Shown here piece by piece: positions 1 to 11,518 of a DNA stretch of 64,000 bases (the stretch's first letter is position 1; every line of letters begins with the position of its first letter). The stretch comes from the human T2T-CHM13v2.0 reference genome, Homo sapiens, in assembly GCF_009914755.1 (NCBI RefSeq), contig NC_060936.1; one strand, given 5' to 3'. A program made the translations under genes and the position numbers. The notes beneath the pieces were generated by a model, which was not told where the DNA came from, ran no database searches, and worked only from the letters and a program-made list of their open reading frames with translations.

Positions 1-389
1 CCAAGCAACTCTGGGGTCAGCGGCGACAGGGGAATGGGGCGAGGCGGCGCAGGACTCCACTGCGTTCCAGGCGGGGGTCTGGGCGTTTCTCCCGGGTCCG
101 CGGCCTTAGTGCTTGCCTAGAACTGCGGTGTGGAAGGCGCTGCCCCGCGGGCTTCCCGGGGCGCCAGGGCCCCGGAAGCGGCTCTCTGGTGTCTCGGTGC
201 CTGCTGGCCGGCTTCCTCCCCGCCTCCCGACTGCTCTCGCCAGATTTCACTGCTTCGCGCCTGTTCTCAGCTTTCCCCCCAGATTTCTGGGGGAGGGGTT
301 GGGCTTTCCGAACCACTAGGAGGGCGGCCCAGGAAGGGCCCGAGGGCGGAGGGGGAGCAGACAGGGGGCCCGAGGGGACGCACGTGTAC

Positions 390-448
390 CTGGAGGGCTT
401 TCCTTCTGTCCCAGACCCTGTCAGCCGCGGCTCTCGCCTGAGAACTGG
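390..448 (-). ncRNA. HOTAIR: HOTAIR distal first exon (59 nt), antisense within the HOXC11 intron; remainder lies left of the window
   Basis: Minus strand reads CCAGTTCTCAGGCGAGAGCCGCGGCTGACAGGGTCTGGGACAGAAGGAAAGCCCTCCAG, which I recognise as the 5' end of the long HOTAIR variant, followed by a donor CAG|GTACAC at 390|389. Confidence 0.8.
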
Positions 449-672
449 GGACGGGGTGGCGCAGTGGCGGGGGGGTGGGGACCCGCTAGACCTGGCAGGG
501 GGTCGAGGCTTGCCCGGGTGCTGCGGCTGCAGGAGAGCCAGCCGCCTGGCGGGAGGGCTGCCCGCGGTGGGCTAGGAGAAGGGCCGCTGAGCGCTCAGCG
601 GGCTGGGGTCGCCCGGGTCTCACGTGTCTCTCTCCCCCCTCTCCTCGCACTTGCCCCCTCCCCTCCCTCCAG

Positions 673-905
673 ACGCCCCCCGCACCCGCAAGAAGCGCTG
701 CCCTTATTCGAAATTCCAGATCCGGGAACTGGAGCGAGAGTTTTTCTTCAACGTGTATATCAACAAAGAGAAGCGGCTGCAGCTGTCCCGGATGCTGAAC
801 CTGACGGACCGACAAGTGAAAATTTGGTTTCAGAACAGAAGGATGAAAGAAAAGAAACTGAGCAGAGACCGGCTGCAGTATTTCTCGGGAAATCCTCTGC
901 TGTAA
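673..905 (+). CDS. HOXC11: HOXC11 exon 2, Abd-B-type homeodomain (exon 1 is outside the window)
   Basis: Polypyrimidine tract and AG at 671-672. Translation [76 protein letters not shown] is a paralog-11 homeodomain. Confidence 0.98.
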
Positions 906-1902
906 CCTGCAGACCGGGCCCTTTTGGGGGCGGGGGGAGGGGAAAATTATTTTATTTTATTTTTATTTTTTATTTTCTAACTCGTCTTCTTTCCGCCGGT
1001 GGAAAACTGGACTGTGGCCAGGGCTGGCCCCCACCGCTGTGGCCGGCACTCCATTCCGGAACCTCCTGGACCCTCTATCTGACTCTCGCTGTGGGACAGG
1101 GACCGGGCCTGGAAAGGGGGTGAAGGGAAGTGTCTGATGCACGGCGAGTGAACACCGTTGGCGCCGAGGCCAAGACTTTGATTTAAAAGAAAACACACCT
1201 CGGCGACAATGTCTTGCTGCTCGGATTAGGTGGGGGAGGGGCGACAGTAGTGAGCGCCTGAGCCGAACAATCCTCGAACTAAAAGCCTTCCCTTGCCCAT
1301 GTGAAAAGATCCGCTAAGACAGCATGTCTGCCAGCGGAAACTTCTCGAGCTCCCCCCTCTACCCCGCCCCACCTTGCCCCACTACTTTAGGGGGCAGCTA
1401 AATGTGATCCTGCCTTGCTGTGAAATTTCTGTACCTTCAACCTGGTGTTAGGTGTGCAAAGTCCGTGTCCTACCTCCGTCTTCGCCAAGGCCCCGCCCGA
1501 GCCTAGTTGTTCTCCCCCTGAATGTGTAGAACCTTCCTTTGAAATTTCTTAATCGGTGCATTGAGGTTTCCACATCTTTTTCCAAGCAGTGCCCCACTTC
1601 ATGGATTTATAGCTATAGTCTATGCAGTCGTTACCTCTTTTTTTTTTTTTTTTAAGAAAATTGAAGATTGGGGTGGTGGAGGCAGTAGGGAGATGGGATT
1701 GGGCACCTCCCCCGTGCTGGGGCCTGGATTTTTGTAAATAAATTTCCCAAGCGTTTCTTTCCACCTGGAGGGAAAGGGGGGGACGCCCCCAGTGAGATTC
1801 AAATCACGCATCTCTACTCCTCTGCGTGAGTGCGTGTGTACATGTGCACTCCCCACCCTGCTCCCTTCCCAGAGGGATTGCTGTGAAATTTTTTTGGTGG
1901 CA

Positions 1903-1908
1903 AATAAA
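1903..1908 (+). terminator. HOXC11 polyadenylation signal (alternative AATAAA at 1737-1742)
   Basis: AATAAA about 1 kb after the stop codon, followed by T-rich sequence. Confidence 0.65.
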
Positions 1909-4900
1909 GATAAATTTCATTCTGTTCAATATTATGATTTTATTTGACCCTTTTATTAACCCCTCTCCTCTTAAAATCCTCCATGCTCCCATGGCAGCGG
2001 CGGAGGAGGAGGAGGCAGGCAGGCAGAGCCCAGCGGGTGAGGACAGGCAGGCAGAGGTGAGATAGGCCGGTGCTAGCCGGCCTGGAGCTCCTCTCCGCTG
2101 GCAGGGCCAAGAGTATGGCCGTAGTCTCCTCACATTCTCAAGCTGAGGACATTCCATAGCTACTCTGAAGCTCTCCTTTCTCACGTGCAGCTCGAGCTGT
2201 GTCCAAACGCCCAGCAACGGCTTTCTGTTTAAGTACACGTTTGTTGTGGAGTTAATTGTAACCATCATCGAATTTAAATTTATAGGAATTTTTTTGGCTC
2301 CACCGCCCTTCTGCCAGATGTCTCCGTCTGTCGCAGTTAAATGTGTAGTGTGGAGGTTAGGGCTTTTTTTTTTTTTTCTCTAGGAGAAATCTGTATTGGA
2401 ATTTTTATACACTGTTTTTAAGGAAGGAGGGGACAGAAGGAGAAACCAGCCCCCTCCCTCTCCTCTCCACAGCTCCTGGGGGTGGGAAGGTGGGGCCTGG
2501 CTGCTTTCCCTCTGGCACAAATGGCCAGGCTCTTCCAGACACAACAAGACGCCTATACTGGGGCCACCCTGATGTTTATACATTGGGTGTCCCACAGTAG
2601 AAAGCCCCAGAGGTTTGTTTTGTAGGGGTTGGCACTGGGGATGGAGATGACCTGCGGGGACAGTCACCATACCCATCTATATTTGCTGCATGTTTCTTCT
2701 GTATAAAGATAATCATGGCCCTTGCAGTGCTTTCAGTGAGGGCACTTCGTTGGTCTCTGTTTCAAATTCGTTATTTGGGGGCAGAGGTTCAGGACAACTC
2801 ATCTCATCTTTCCCTCCTCTTTCTGTCTTTGTATAATTCAAAGAAAATATTTTTGTCAATACAATTCTGTTGGATGAAAGGAAAAAGCATCATGACTATC
2901 AAATCTAGGTTCTGTCATTTTTGATGGTAGGAATCCCTGCAGCTTAGGTATCTAAATTTCTAATTTGTAAACGTGGGTCGGGTCGTGAGACAAGATTTGC
3001 AAACTAGGGTGTATATGCAGCCCACAATTCCCTCATGTGCCCACACACAAACGTTTTATTTAACTCGGTGTGCCTATGGGTGCACATAAGAAGGAATATT
3101 ATTTATATGCTTTTGTCTGTTGCATGGAGTAAACCTGACCACATACACATCTAGAGCTTGTGTCTCTGTGGTGTGTAACCATTGGCAGTGTTTGTTGAGT
3201 GTGGGCAGGAATGCAACTGAGGGGCCTCTGTACATTTTTGTGTGTGTATGTGTGTGTGACACTTCTCTAGGTATGATGTTTATCCACTAGCCACATTAGG
3301 AAATATTAGCCTGCTGGTGATGTTTCCTGTGAAATTAGGATAGAGGAAACTCTATAAGGTGAACCTATTTATAAAGCAAAATATTAGCCTCCAAATGCCT
3401 GATTTTGGAGAAAAATATTTAAAACCCGCAGGTAACACTTTCTCTGCAATGTGGAGCCCAGAAATGTCCTCAGCTCCAAAAGAGAGTTCTGGTGGATGAG
3501 AGGAGAAGGTCATCATGAAAGAAAAACAAAGGCTTCTGTGACCCAAGCCAGGAATCTGCCAGTCCTTGGTGACCCTCTAAAAAGGAGGAAAAAGGGTTTT
3601 TTGGCCCCCAAACAAACCCACCTTCCGTCTCCCAAGGTGTCCAACCCCCCTTGCAGGTCAGGGGCACTCTGGGCTCAACCTCTTGGGGTAATCCCCTCTA
3701 GCCGCAGCACTGCCCGGGAACAAAAGATCCTCGTCTAGACGCTGCCATAAAGCACCCCCTCACGTTTCTAAACCCAGTTTCATTTCGACCTTAACGACCC
3801 AGTCTGGCCTGTATTAGAAACCACTTCCGCCCTAAATAGTAAACAAACCTGTAGTGGAGGGTCTTGGCTCTCCCAACACACTCAGACCCCCACCTCCTCA
3901 GCCCGTTGCCCCACATTTTTCCTCTTTTCTCCAGCCTTTCTCAGCTCCCAGCACCCCAGCCCCTTTCCTCCCCGCCGCGCCCACCCCACCCCCCCGCCCC
4001 AGTAAATAAACCTGAGGCCGAGTTCAAAGTTTCCCGGAGCTAAGGAGGAATGCTGGTTGTAAAAATCCAAGTTTATAGTGCACGTGGGAGTTTACAAGGG
4101 TATTAAGTGGTGTGGGCTGAGAGAGCACTCTGGGCCCCTCCCCCTTCCACCATGGGCTTTGGGGTGCAGGAGGAATCAAGGGCACTCGAAATGAGAAATG
4201 GGTTTAGGAGTAGCCTTGAGTTTGGGGTTTCTTTGTCACTTAGACTCTTAGGTGGCTGAGGAATGGCGATGCAAGGGCCCCTTGTAAGAAGACTCGAAAC
4301 CCCTGCCAAGCACCTCTGAGAGAAAACTCCCTGGCTCTAGTTGTCCCAGATGGAAAGATTGGGGAGCCCTGTTCTGGGGGAGCAAAAGGTGCAAACCAGG
4401 TGTCTGAAAGGTGAACAGAGTTGGGAATACCTAGAGCCAGTTCTCAACCAGAAGGGGAGAAACTACCTTGGGCTAATTTCTCGAGTGGGCTGAGAGCAGA
4501 AAGGGCTCTTCTCTTAAGAGTAAAGAAGAACTTTGAACTTCAAGGGAGTCAAGGGCACCACCCCTTCGCTTTCCCCGCCTCTCTCAGGAATCCGTAGGGC
4601 AATTGTTTCTGGGCCAGTATTCCCTGAAGGGGGGAGCTACTGGGGTTTTCTGGTGCCCCAGGGTTGGATAATGCTGTTTGCTAACCCCTCCCTACTGAGA
4701 GCCCGCCAGAACCAGTGCACGCGACTGCACTCTTTATTATTCATATAAACCTTTGGAAAAGGCAACGCCCAGGAAGTTTTTATAACTTTGTTTGGCATAA
4801 AAATTTTACAAGATTCCCCATCCCTTAAAAAAAAAAAAGTAAGTTTTGGTCTTGCCATAGGATGAAATCACAGGTCTTTGAAAGGCAGGGGAGAGAGGGG

Positions 4901-5142
4901 CTCTGAGGGGTGGCAGTGCAGGGAAGGGAGTGTATGGAGCTGCCTTTCTCTGTCTAAGGCAAAAAGGCTTGAAGATCTGAGTCAATCCTTCCTAAAGCCC
5001 ATCTTGGACTCAGCTTTGGAGCCTCTTTGGACAGAGTCCTGTCCACTCTGCTCTTGCACCTTTACAAACTCTAAAAGTTTGGACAATATCAGCATGACAA
5101 GACCTTCCCCCATCACACCCTCTTGTTCTCCTGTAGGCACTA

Positions 5143-5164
5143 CTCTCTCTCTCTCCCTCTCTCT

Positions 5165-5209
<45 letters not shown>
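5143..5209. repeat. Compound (CT)n-(CA)22 microsatellite
   Basis: Read directly; (CA)22 spans 5166-5209. Confidence 0.95.
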
Positions 5210-5210
<1 letters not shown>

Positions 5211-5950
5211 CTCTCTGCACCGCACCCCTCCAACCCACTGCACAAAGCAAAGACCCATAACCTTGACTCAGACTGCTGATTTGGGAGGGTCTCTGCACAC
5301 ATAGCCCTGCCTTCCTGCCTGCCGCCTGTGAAGTCGACAATGGGTTTGAAGAAAGAATCCAAAATACCAGGAAACTCCTGCCCAGAGGTTGCAGTGGTTG
5401 CAGGACCAAAGGAGACAGAGGGCCCAGCAGGGCTGCAGTCCAGGAGCAGAGAACAAAGGCGGCCATGTGGGAGATGGCCTTGCCCACGGATGACCCCTGG
5501 ACCTGCCCCTCAACCTGGGACTGACAAAATCCCACTCGCTCATTTCCCCTGACTCCAGCCTTGGGAGCACCAACTGGGCTCAACTTTGGGCCATTTTAAT
5601 GTTTCAGCTCCGGAGGTCAGGACAAAGATGGGACAGACTTCTCCAAAGGTAGGCCTGGTAGACAAGCCTCCTTTGGGGTGATGGAAGTGAAAATACATGA
5701 CCCCTGAATCCTAGCACTTCAAGAAGCCATCAGCACTAGTGTGGATGTGCCCCAGAATCCTATTTTTCCTCCCTCTAATGGCGACTGCTGGGGCCTGGCT
5801 GCTGATGACTGGCAGCCCTACACTTCGCCTTGTGAGGAGGAGCTGAGCTAAGGCTGTAGGCGGGAGAAGGTCAACTCCAAGCCTTAGCAGCTGGGCTAGG
5901 GAGGCATGCGACTGAGCCTGGTGCTGTCCCCCTCACTAAGCCCAGCACAC

Positions 5951-6260
5951 CAGAGAAAAATAAGAAAGGCTAGGAAAGAAAGTCAGGGGGAAGGAAATAA
6001 TTGGAGAGAGAAAAGAGCAAAGAATTAATTGTATAATAAAGAAAGAAGGAAACAAGGAAATGGGAGAAATAAGGAAGACAAGAAAGAGAAAGGATTGGAA
6101 AAAGTAGGAAAAAATAAATTACAGGAAGAAAAAAGAAAAAGAAAAACAGAAAGAAGCAAATAAAGAGAAAAGAGAAGGATGAAACAAGAAGGAAAGAAAG
6201 AAGAGAAGAAAAAAAAAGAAAAATAAGAAAGGAAAGGAAGGCAAACAGAGATCTTTGAAA
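5951..6260. repeat. GA-rich low-complexity purine tract
   Basis: About 300 bp composed mostly of A and G. Confidence 0.8.
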
Positions 6261-9200
6261 AGGAACTTAACCGGTAAGAAAGGTTCGGTGTTTTTCTCCG
6301 GAGCAAGCCAGCCTAACCACAGCCCCGACTCTAGCTAGAAACCTGACTTACTGGGGGCAACTTAGAAGCAAACCACTAAAGTGGGGGGCAGGGCCTGCCC
6401 CTAAGACATCCTCCCACCCTCCTCCCAAAGCTTCTCTCCGAGGTGTCTTCGGTCTGGTTTCAATTCAGGGGACAAAATTAAATAACTGGCCAGCTTCGGC
6501 AGGGCCAGGAAGCAGTCAGACTGGCGCGGGTTATTAGAATTCGGGATTCGGAGATCTTAGACAGCACTTTGGGTAAAAGTGAATATCTGTGGCTGTGTAC
6601 ACATATTTAAGTGCAAGTTAGACACGTGTATAGATGCTGAACTCCGTAGCATCTGTGTGCAAGTGTGTGCAATGTCAAGACGTGAGAGATTCTGCTGGCC
6701 GAGCTGCCTGGGGGGCTGTGAGGTCCACAGTAGACCAGAGGCCCTGCTAAGTGTCCTCAGCCTCCTACCTCCCTCTAGTACCTGTTTGAAAATCTTTTTC
6801 TTTTCTGGGTCTCTGGGCATTCCGAATTTTGCCTGGAATTTCCCTGCTCCCAATTCAGCTGGGGCAGAGCCTGGTGCTAGTGAAGAAGAAAAGCGAATCT
6901 TTTCTTCAAGTTTTGGGAAGGGAAGGATTTATCTCGGCCTCCAAAGCAAGAGGAAAAAACCTGCAATCTCTGGTGTGATTCTGTTTCCTCTTTGCTTAAA
7001 AAGATTTCAATACACACACTTTATTTTTATTTTATTATTTAACCCAAAAGGGAAAGACATTCTTCCTTTTTCACTTCATCTTCAGAATTTCCCAGTTGAC
7101 TTTCTTAACCTGTTGGGGAAACTCCAATTTTTTGCTGGAGAAACCAGGGTGCTTCTGGGGTGTGTTGAGGGCTACAGCCAAGAAAGCAACAAAGGTCCTT
7201 TTTTGTTCATTGAGCATATTTTCCTTCTTCTGCTTTCACGTGGGGACCCCTAGCGCCCCAGCCCTTGGGCTGCCCTGTGGAACCCGCTGGATCCTCCCAG
7301 AGTATTCACAGAGCTCCTGAACCCTCCTCCTCTGCATTGCTCACAGCCCCACAGACAGAAGGAGGCCCAGCCCCGTCCTTGTTGCCTTTCCAGGATCTGG
7401 GTACCCGGGAAGGGAGAAAGGGGCCAGGGCATTGGCCCTGGGTGGGATTTGTCAGGTCGTATGCACAGCTTGAGCCCCACTGTGGCTTGCAGCCCCTGGA
7501 TTTTCATGTTCCCAAGTTGAGGTAAGAGGGGGGAGCCCCAGACGTAGGCATAGGCATAGGTGTCTCAGCGCCCTCGGAAAGTTGGGGAAATGGATTAATA
7601 AAAGTCCATATGTGGGTGATTCTAGCAACACAGGCCTCCCCTGGATCCTAATCCAGTTGCCAAGGGCACAGGCTGAAGGATCTTGGCCCTGTGGGGCAGG
7701 GCGGTGGGTGCCTGGCAGTGGCGGCAGGCGGGGTCGCTGTGGCGGCCCGCATGCCTTTGAACGCCAGGCCCGGACAATAGGACCGAAACAGCCTTTGCTC
7801 GTGGCCTCGGGAAAGACCGAGCCCAAGGGGGCAGGGCTGGGACCCAGGCCCGCACAAATGCTCCCTTCGCCAGGATAAAACACTCACTTTTTCCTTCCTT
7901 TTACCTCCACTGAAGCAGAATCTCAAAGTCTGTGAAAACCCAACAAGTTATTCAGGTCTGCGTCCGAGCGGGCTCTAGTTTAGCAGCACCGGGTTTTCGT
8001 TTATCTTGCGTAATTAGAGGCAAACATTTGTCCCACCGGGGGTCCCACTTAGGCTGATGAATTTGATTTCTTTTTTCATTAATCGGCCGTGTTTATCATA
8101 CTTCTAATTATTTCAACTTTAAACACTATTCTGTCTTGTGAGGAGGTGGGAGTCGAGGCGGGAGGCTCCTCCCTGGAGTATTATTTTCATTAATGATGGC
8201 GATAATTCCGAAGCGACTCTGTCCTCTCCCTTGGCTAAGGTGAGAGGTGGGCTTGGAAAGAGGTTGGGTGGTGGGACCCCTGAGGCCGATGGGTCTGCTC
8301 CCTGTCTGCTGGTTCCCCAGGCTACGCCTTGGGGCTTGTCTGAAGTTTATCTCCTTCACCCTTTCCTGCCGACTCCTTCACCCCCTCCCAGGCTGGGCTC
8401 AAACCCTTTGCGGCTCTTCCCTGGAAACCTTTCTCTGATCCCAGCCTGTCCTGGCTGGCCTGGGCAGAGGCTCGGGTAGCACTGTCCTGGCCCCCAGCTA
8501 CTAACACCCAGAGAAAAAAAAAAAGAAAAGGCTGAGGTGGCCAAGGGCCACTTGGCCGTGGGGAAAAGGACCCACCAGACTCCAAAGTGGGGGGTAAGGG
8601 TAGGGAACTGGGACGCTAAATTCCTGGGAAAAGCACACCAGGCAGGAAAATAAAGGAGACGTGAAAGAGGGGGGAGGGAACCCCCAAAGCCATATAATTC
8701 TCAATTGCTTTGGTATTTAATTTCATCGTCCCATAAATGAGGAAATATCAGTTCCCATACTAAATTTTTATCCCTGGCTGATAAATATGACGGGAAATTT
8801 TCGTTGGGTCCTCGTAAAAGGGAACGGTTTCGATCAAACTGGTGGGGAAAGACTAATGCAGATAATACAAACAGAGTGGCCATAAAGTCTCGCCCGTTTC
8901 CCGCGGGATGGGCGGTGGGACAAATGGCTCCCTGGATTGACTGCTGCCCGGACTGTCCCAAGTCTGGGGCCTAAACAGCCTAACCTTGCCCTGGATAACC
9001 CCCATGCTGAGGCCACGGTGACCCTGCATATGAAAACACAAAACCATTTCAAATCTCCCCTGGCCGGTCCTGCAAGCAAATCATACACTCCACATTTCCT
9101 TCCAGTTTTCCGGAGGTTCAGGAACCCCTGCGTCTTCTCTCTCCACCCCTGGATGGGGAAATTCGGCGGATTTCTTTCTGCGGTCTTCTAGCCGCAGCGG

Positions 9201-10481
9201 GCTTGGGCCTCCTTAGAAACGGTCTAGCCTCCTCACTCCTCCACTCCAGGGCGCTGGGCTCCAGTCCTTTCCCCGCCAAACTCCAGCCCTTCGGAAAGTC
9301 TGAACCCTAGGCTCTGTCCAAGGAAAAATGTGGGGCGACAGGAAAGACAAGTTGTTCTCCAGATTCCGTTTCCTGAGGAAGGGGTGGAGAGTTTAGTTCG
9401 CTTTGGAAGAAGGCGATGGAGAAACGGAAATAACTGTTTGAAACATACGGTTCCCCTTATTTCTTCCTTTTATTTAAAAACAACCACAAAAATAGACTGG
9501 TCTGTCTTCTTTCAAACATGCTCCCAGCCCGTGCGCTCTGTAAAGGACGCTTCTCTGGGTCGGGTTTTGTTGCGTCTTGTGTGCTGGTTTCCCGTGTGAT
9601 ACGTGACTCCTCCAAACTGACCGAGGCTCCGCAGGTTCCCTCTTTCTTTCCCGGAATATTCCCTGTTTTAGCGGGGGCAAGGTCAAGCGGAAAGCGAGGA
9701 CCGCCAGGGCCTGAAGTAAAGCAGCAGAACCGGCTCCAAGGCCAAAGCCTTGTGGGCCCCTGAGATGGTGACCCAGGAGCCGCCCACCCTGCCAGGCCCA
9801 GGCCACAGCTCTCGGGTCGGGGATCGGGTGCCTCTGGTCTCTGGCTTCCTCTTTCCCCTACCCCGCGTCCATTCGGAACCTCCTTTTCCGAGCAGCCATG
9901 AAGTGACCGTGACCCCCTCCCTGGCCCACCCTAGAGGCTGGAGATTCCCAGTCAACCCCCACAGGAAACTTGCAACTCCAGCGCCGCGGCCCCCAAGCTT
10001 CCAGCCCCGAGGGCCAAGCCCGGGGAAAAGAGGAGGCGGGAGAGCAGAAACTTTAGTCCTGTTTGGGATTCCTTAACTTTTTTTCCCCTTTCTCTGCTCA
10101 TCAGATCCCCCCAAACCCCCCCCCCCACAAACCTCACCCCACTCCCATCCCCAAGGTAAGAAGTGGGAGTCGGGTCCGGGGATATGGAAAGGGGAGATGA
10201 AGAGTGGGGAGAAGTACCTGATTCGTGTCTCGACCTTTTAATTTGAATTTGACTGTTTTGAGCCCCGGGTTGCCTCGCTCTCTCCCTCTCTCCCGCATTT
10301 CCCCCCTCTCCGCCCCCTTCTCCCCAGGAGTTACAGGCTGGTTACTGGATAAACAAACCCCACTCTTCCTAGAACCCCCACCCCCACCCCCACCCCCCTC
10401 CACCCCTCTACCTCCCCTGCCGCCCGGGGGGCGCTTCCTTTGTTCGCGGGGAAGGGCTCCGGTGCCCCTACCCCGAGGCAG

Positions 10482-10497
10482 CTGCTAGATGGCGCTG
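10482..10497 (+). promoter_or_regulatory. CTCF core motif upstream of HOXC10
   Basis: CTGCTAGATGGCGCTG is close to the consensus CCASYAGRKGGCRS. Confidence 0.7.
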
Positions 10498-10541
10498 TTA
10501 CTCCACTCTGCGCGCTCCGCCTGCCGACAACTTGACCCCGC

Positions 10542-10605
10542 TGACGTCACGGCCGTCTGAATCATCAAGGCCATTTTCAAATCCCATTGGTCTAGCCGTC
10601 ACATG
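10542..10605 (+). promoter_or_regulatory. HOXC10 proximal promoter: CRE, YY1-like, CHR-like, CCAAT, E-box
   Basis: TGACGTCA 10542-10549; GCCATTTT 10570-10577; TTCAAA 10576-10581; ATTGG 10586-10590; GTCACATG 10598-10605; CpG-rich context. Confidence 0.65.
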
Positions 10606-10767
10606 GTGAGAACCGAATGCGCGGATAATTACGGAGCTGATATTTCCCCCCCTCCCCTTCTTTTTCCTCCCTCCCCTCCAACCGCGCCCCCCCTCCCGGA
10701 TGGGGAAAAAAAAAGATGTCAGCTCCTCCGCTGTAGTATTGCTCCTTAAAAACCCCTCTCTCTGAAA

Positions 10768-11518
10768 ATGACATGCCCTCGCAATGTAACTCCGAACTCG
10801 TACGCGGAGCCCTTGGCTGCGCCCGGCGGAGGAGAGCGCTATAGCCGGAGCGCAGGCATGTATATGCAGTCTGGGAGTGACTTCAATTGCGGGGTGATGA
10901 GGGGCTGCGGGCTCGCGCCCTCGCTCTCCAAGAGGGACGAGGGCAGCAGCCCCAGCCTCGCCCTCAACACCTATCCGTCCTACCTCTCGCAGCTGGACTC
11001 CTGGGGCGACCCCAAAGCCGCCTATCGCCTGGAACAACCTGTTGGCAGGCCGCTGTCCTCCTGCTCCTACCCACCTAGTGTCAAGGAGGAGAATGTCTGC
11101 TGCATGTACAGCGCAGAGAAGCGGGCGAAAAGTGGCCCCGAGGCAGCTCTCTACTCCCACCCCTTGCCGGAGTCCTGCCTTGGGGAGCACGAGGTACCCG
11201 TGCCCAGCTACTACCGCGCCAGCCCGAGCTACTCCGCGCTGGACAAGACGCCCCACTGTTCTGGGGCCAACGACTTCGAAGCCCCTTTCGAGCAGCGGGC
11301 CAGTCTCAACCCGCGCGCCGAACATCTGGAATCGCCTCAGCTGGGGGGCAAAGTGAGTTTCCCTGAGACCCCCAAGTCCGACAGCCAGACCCCCAGCCCC
11401 AATGAAATCAAGACGGAGCAGAGCCTGGCGGGCCCTAAAGGGAGCCCCTCGGAGAGCGAAAAGGAGAGGGCCAAAGCTGCCGACTCCAGCCCAGACACCT
11501 CGGATAACGAAGCGAAAG
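10768..11518 (+). CDS. HOXC10: HOXC10 exon 1 coding
   Basis: MTCPRNVTPNSYAEPL...DTSDNEAK; donor G|GTAAGG at 11518|11519. With exon 2 gives 342 aa. Confidence 0.98.

Larger units (their letters stand above)
9450..11025 (-). ncRNA. HOXC-AS3: HOXC-AS3 antisense lncRNA region (approximate bounds)
   Basis: Recalled position overlapping the HOXC10 5' end. Minus-strand AATAAA (TTTATT at 9469-9474) fits a 3' end near 9450. Exons not resolved. Confidence 0.5.

Noticed and set aside
5768-5785. Reverse CTCF-like GCCATTAGAGGGAG, and a similar weak match near 52895
   Set aside because: Mismatch or gap at informative positions; cannot be supported without matrix scoring or ChIP.
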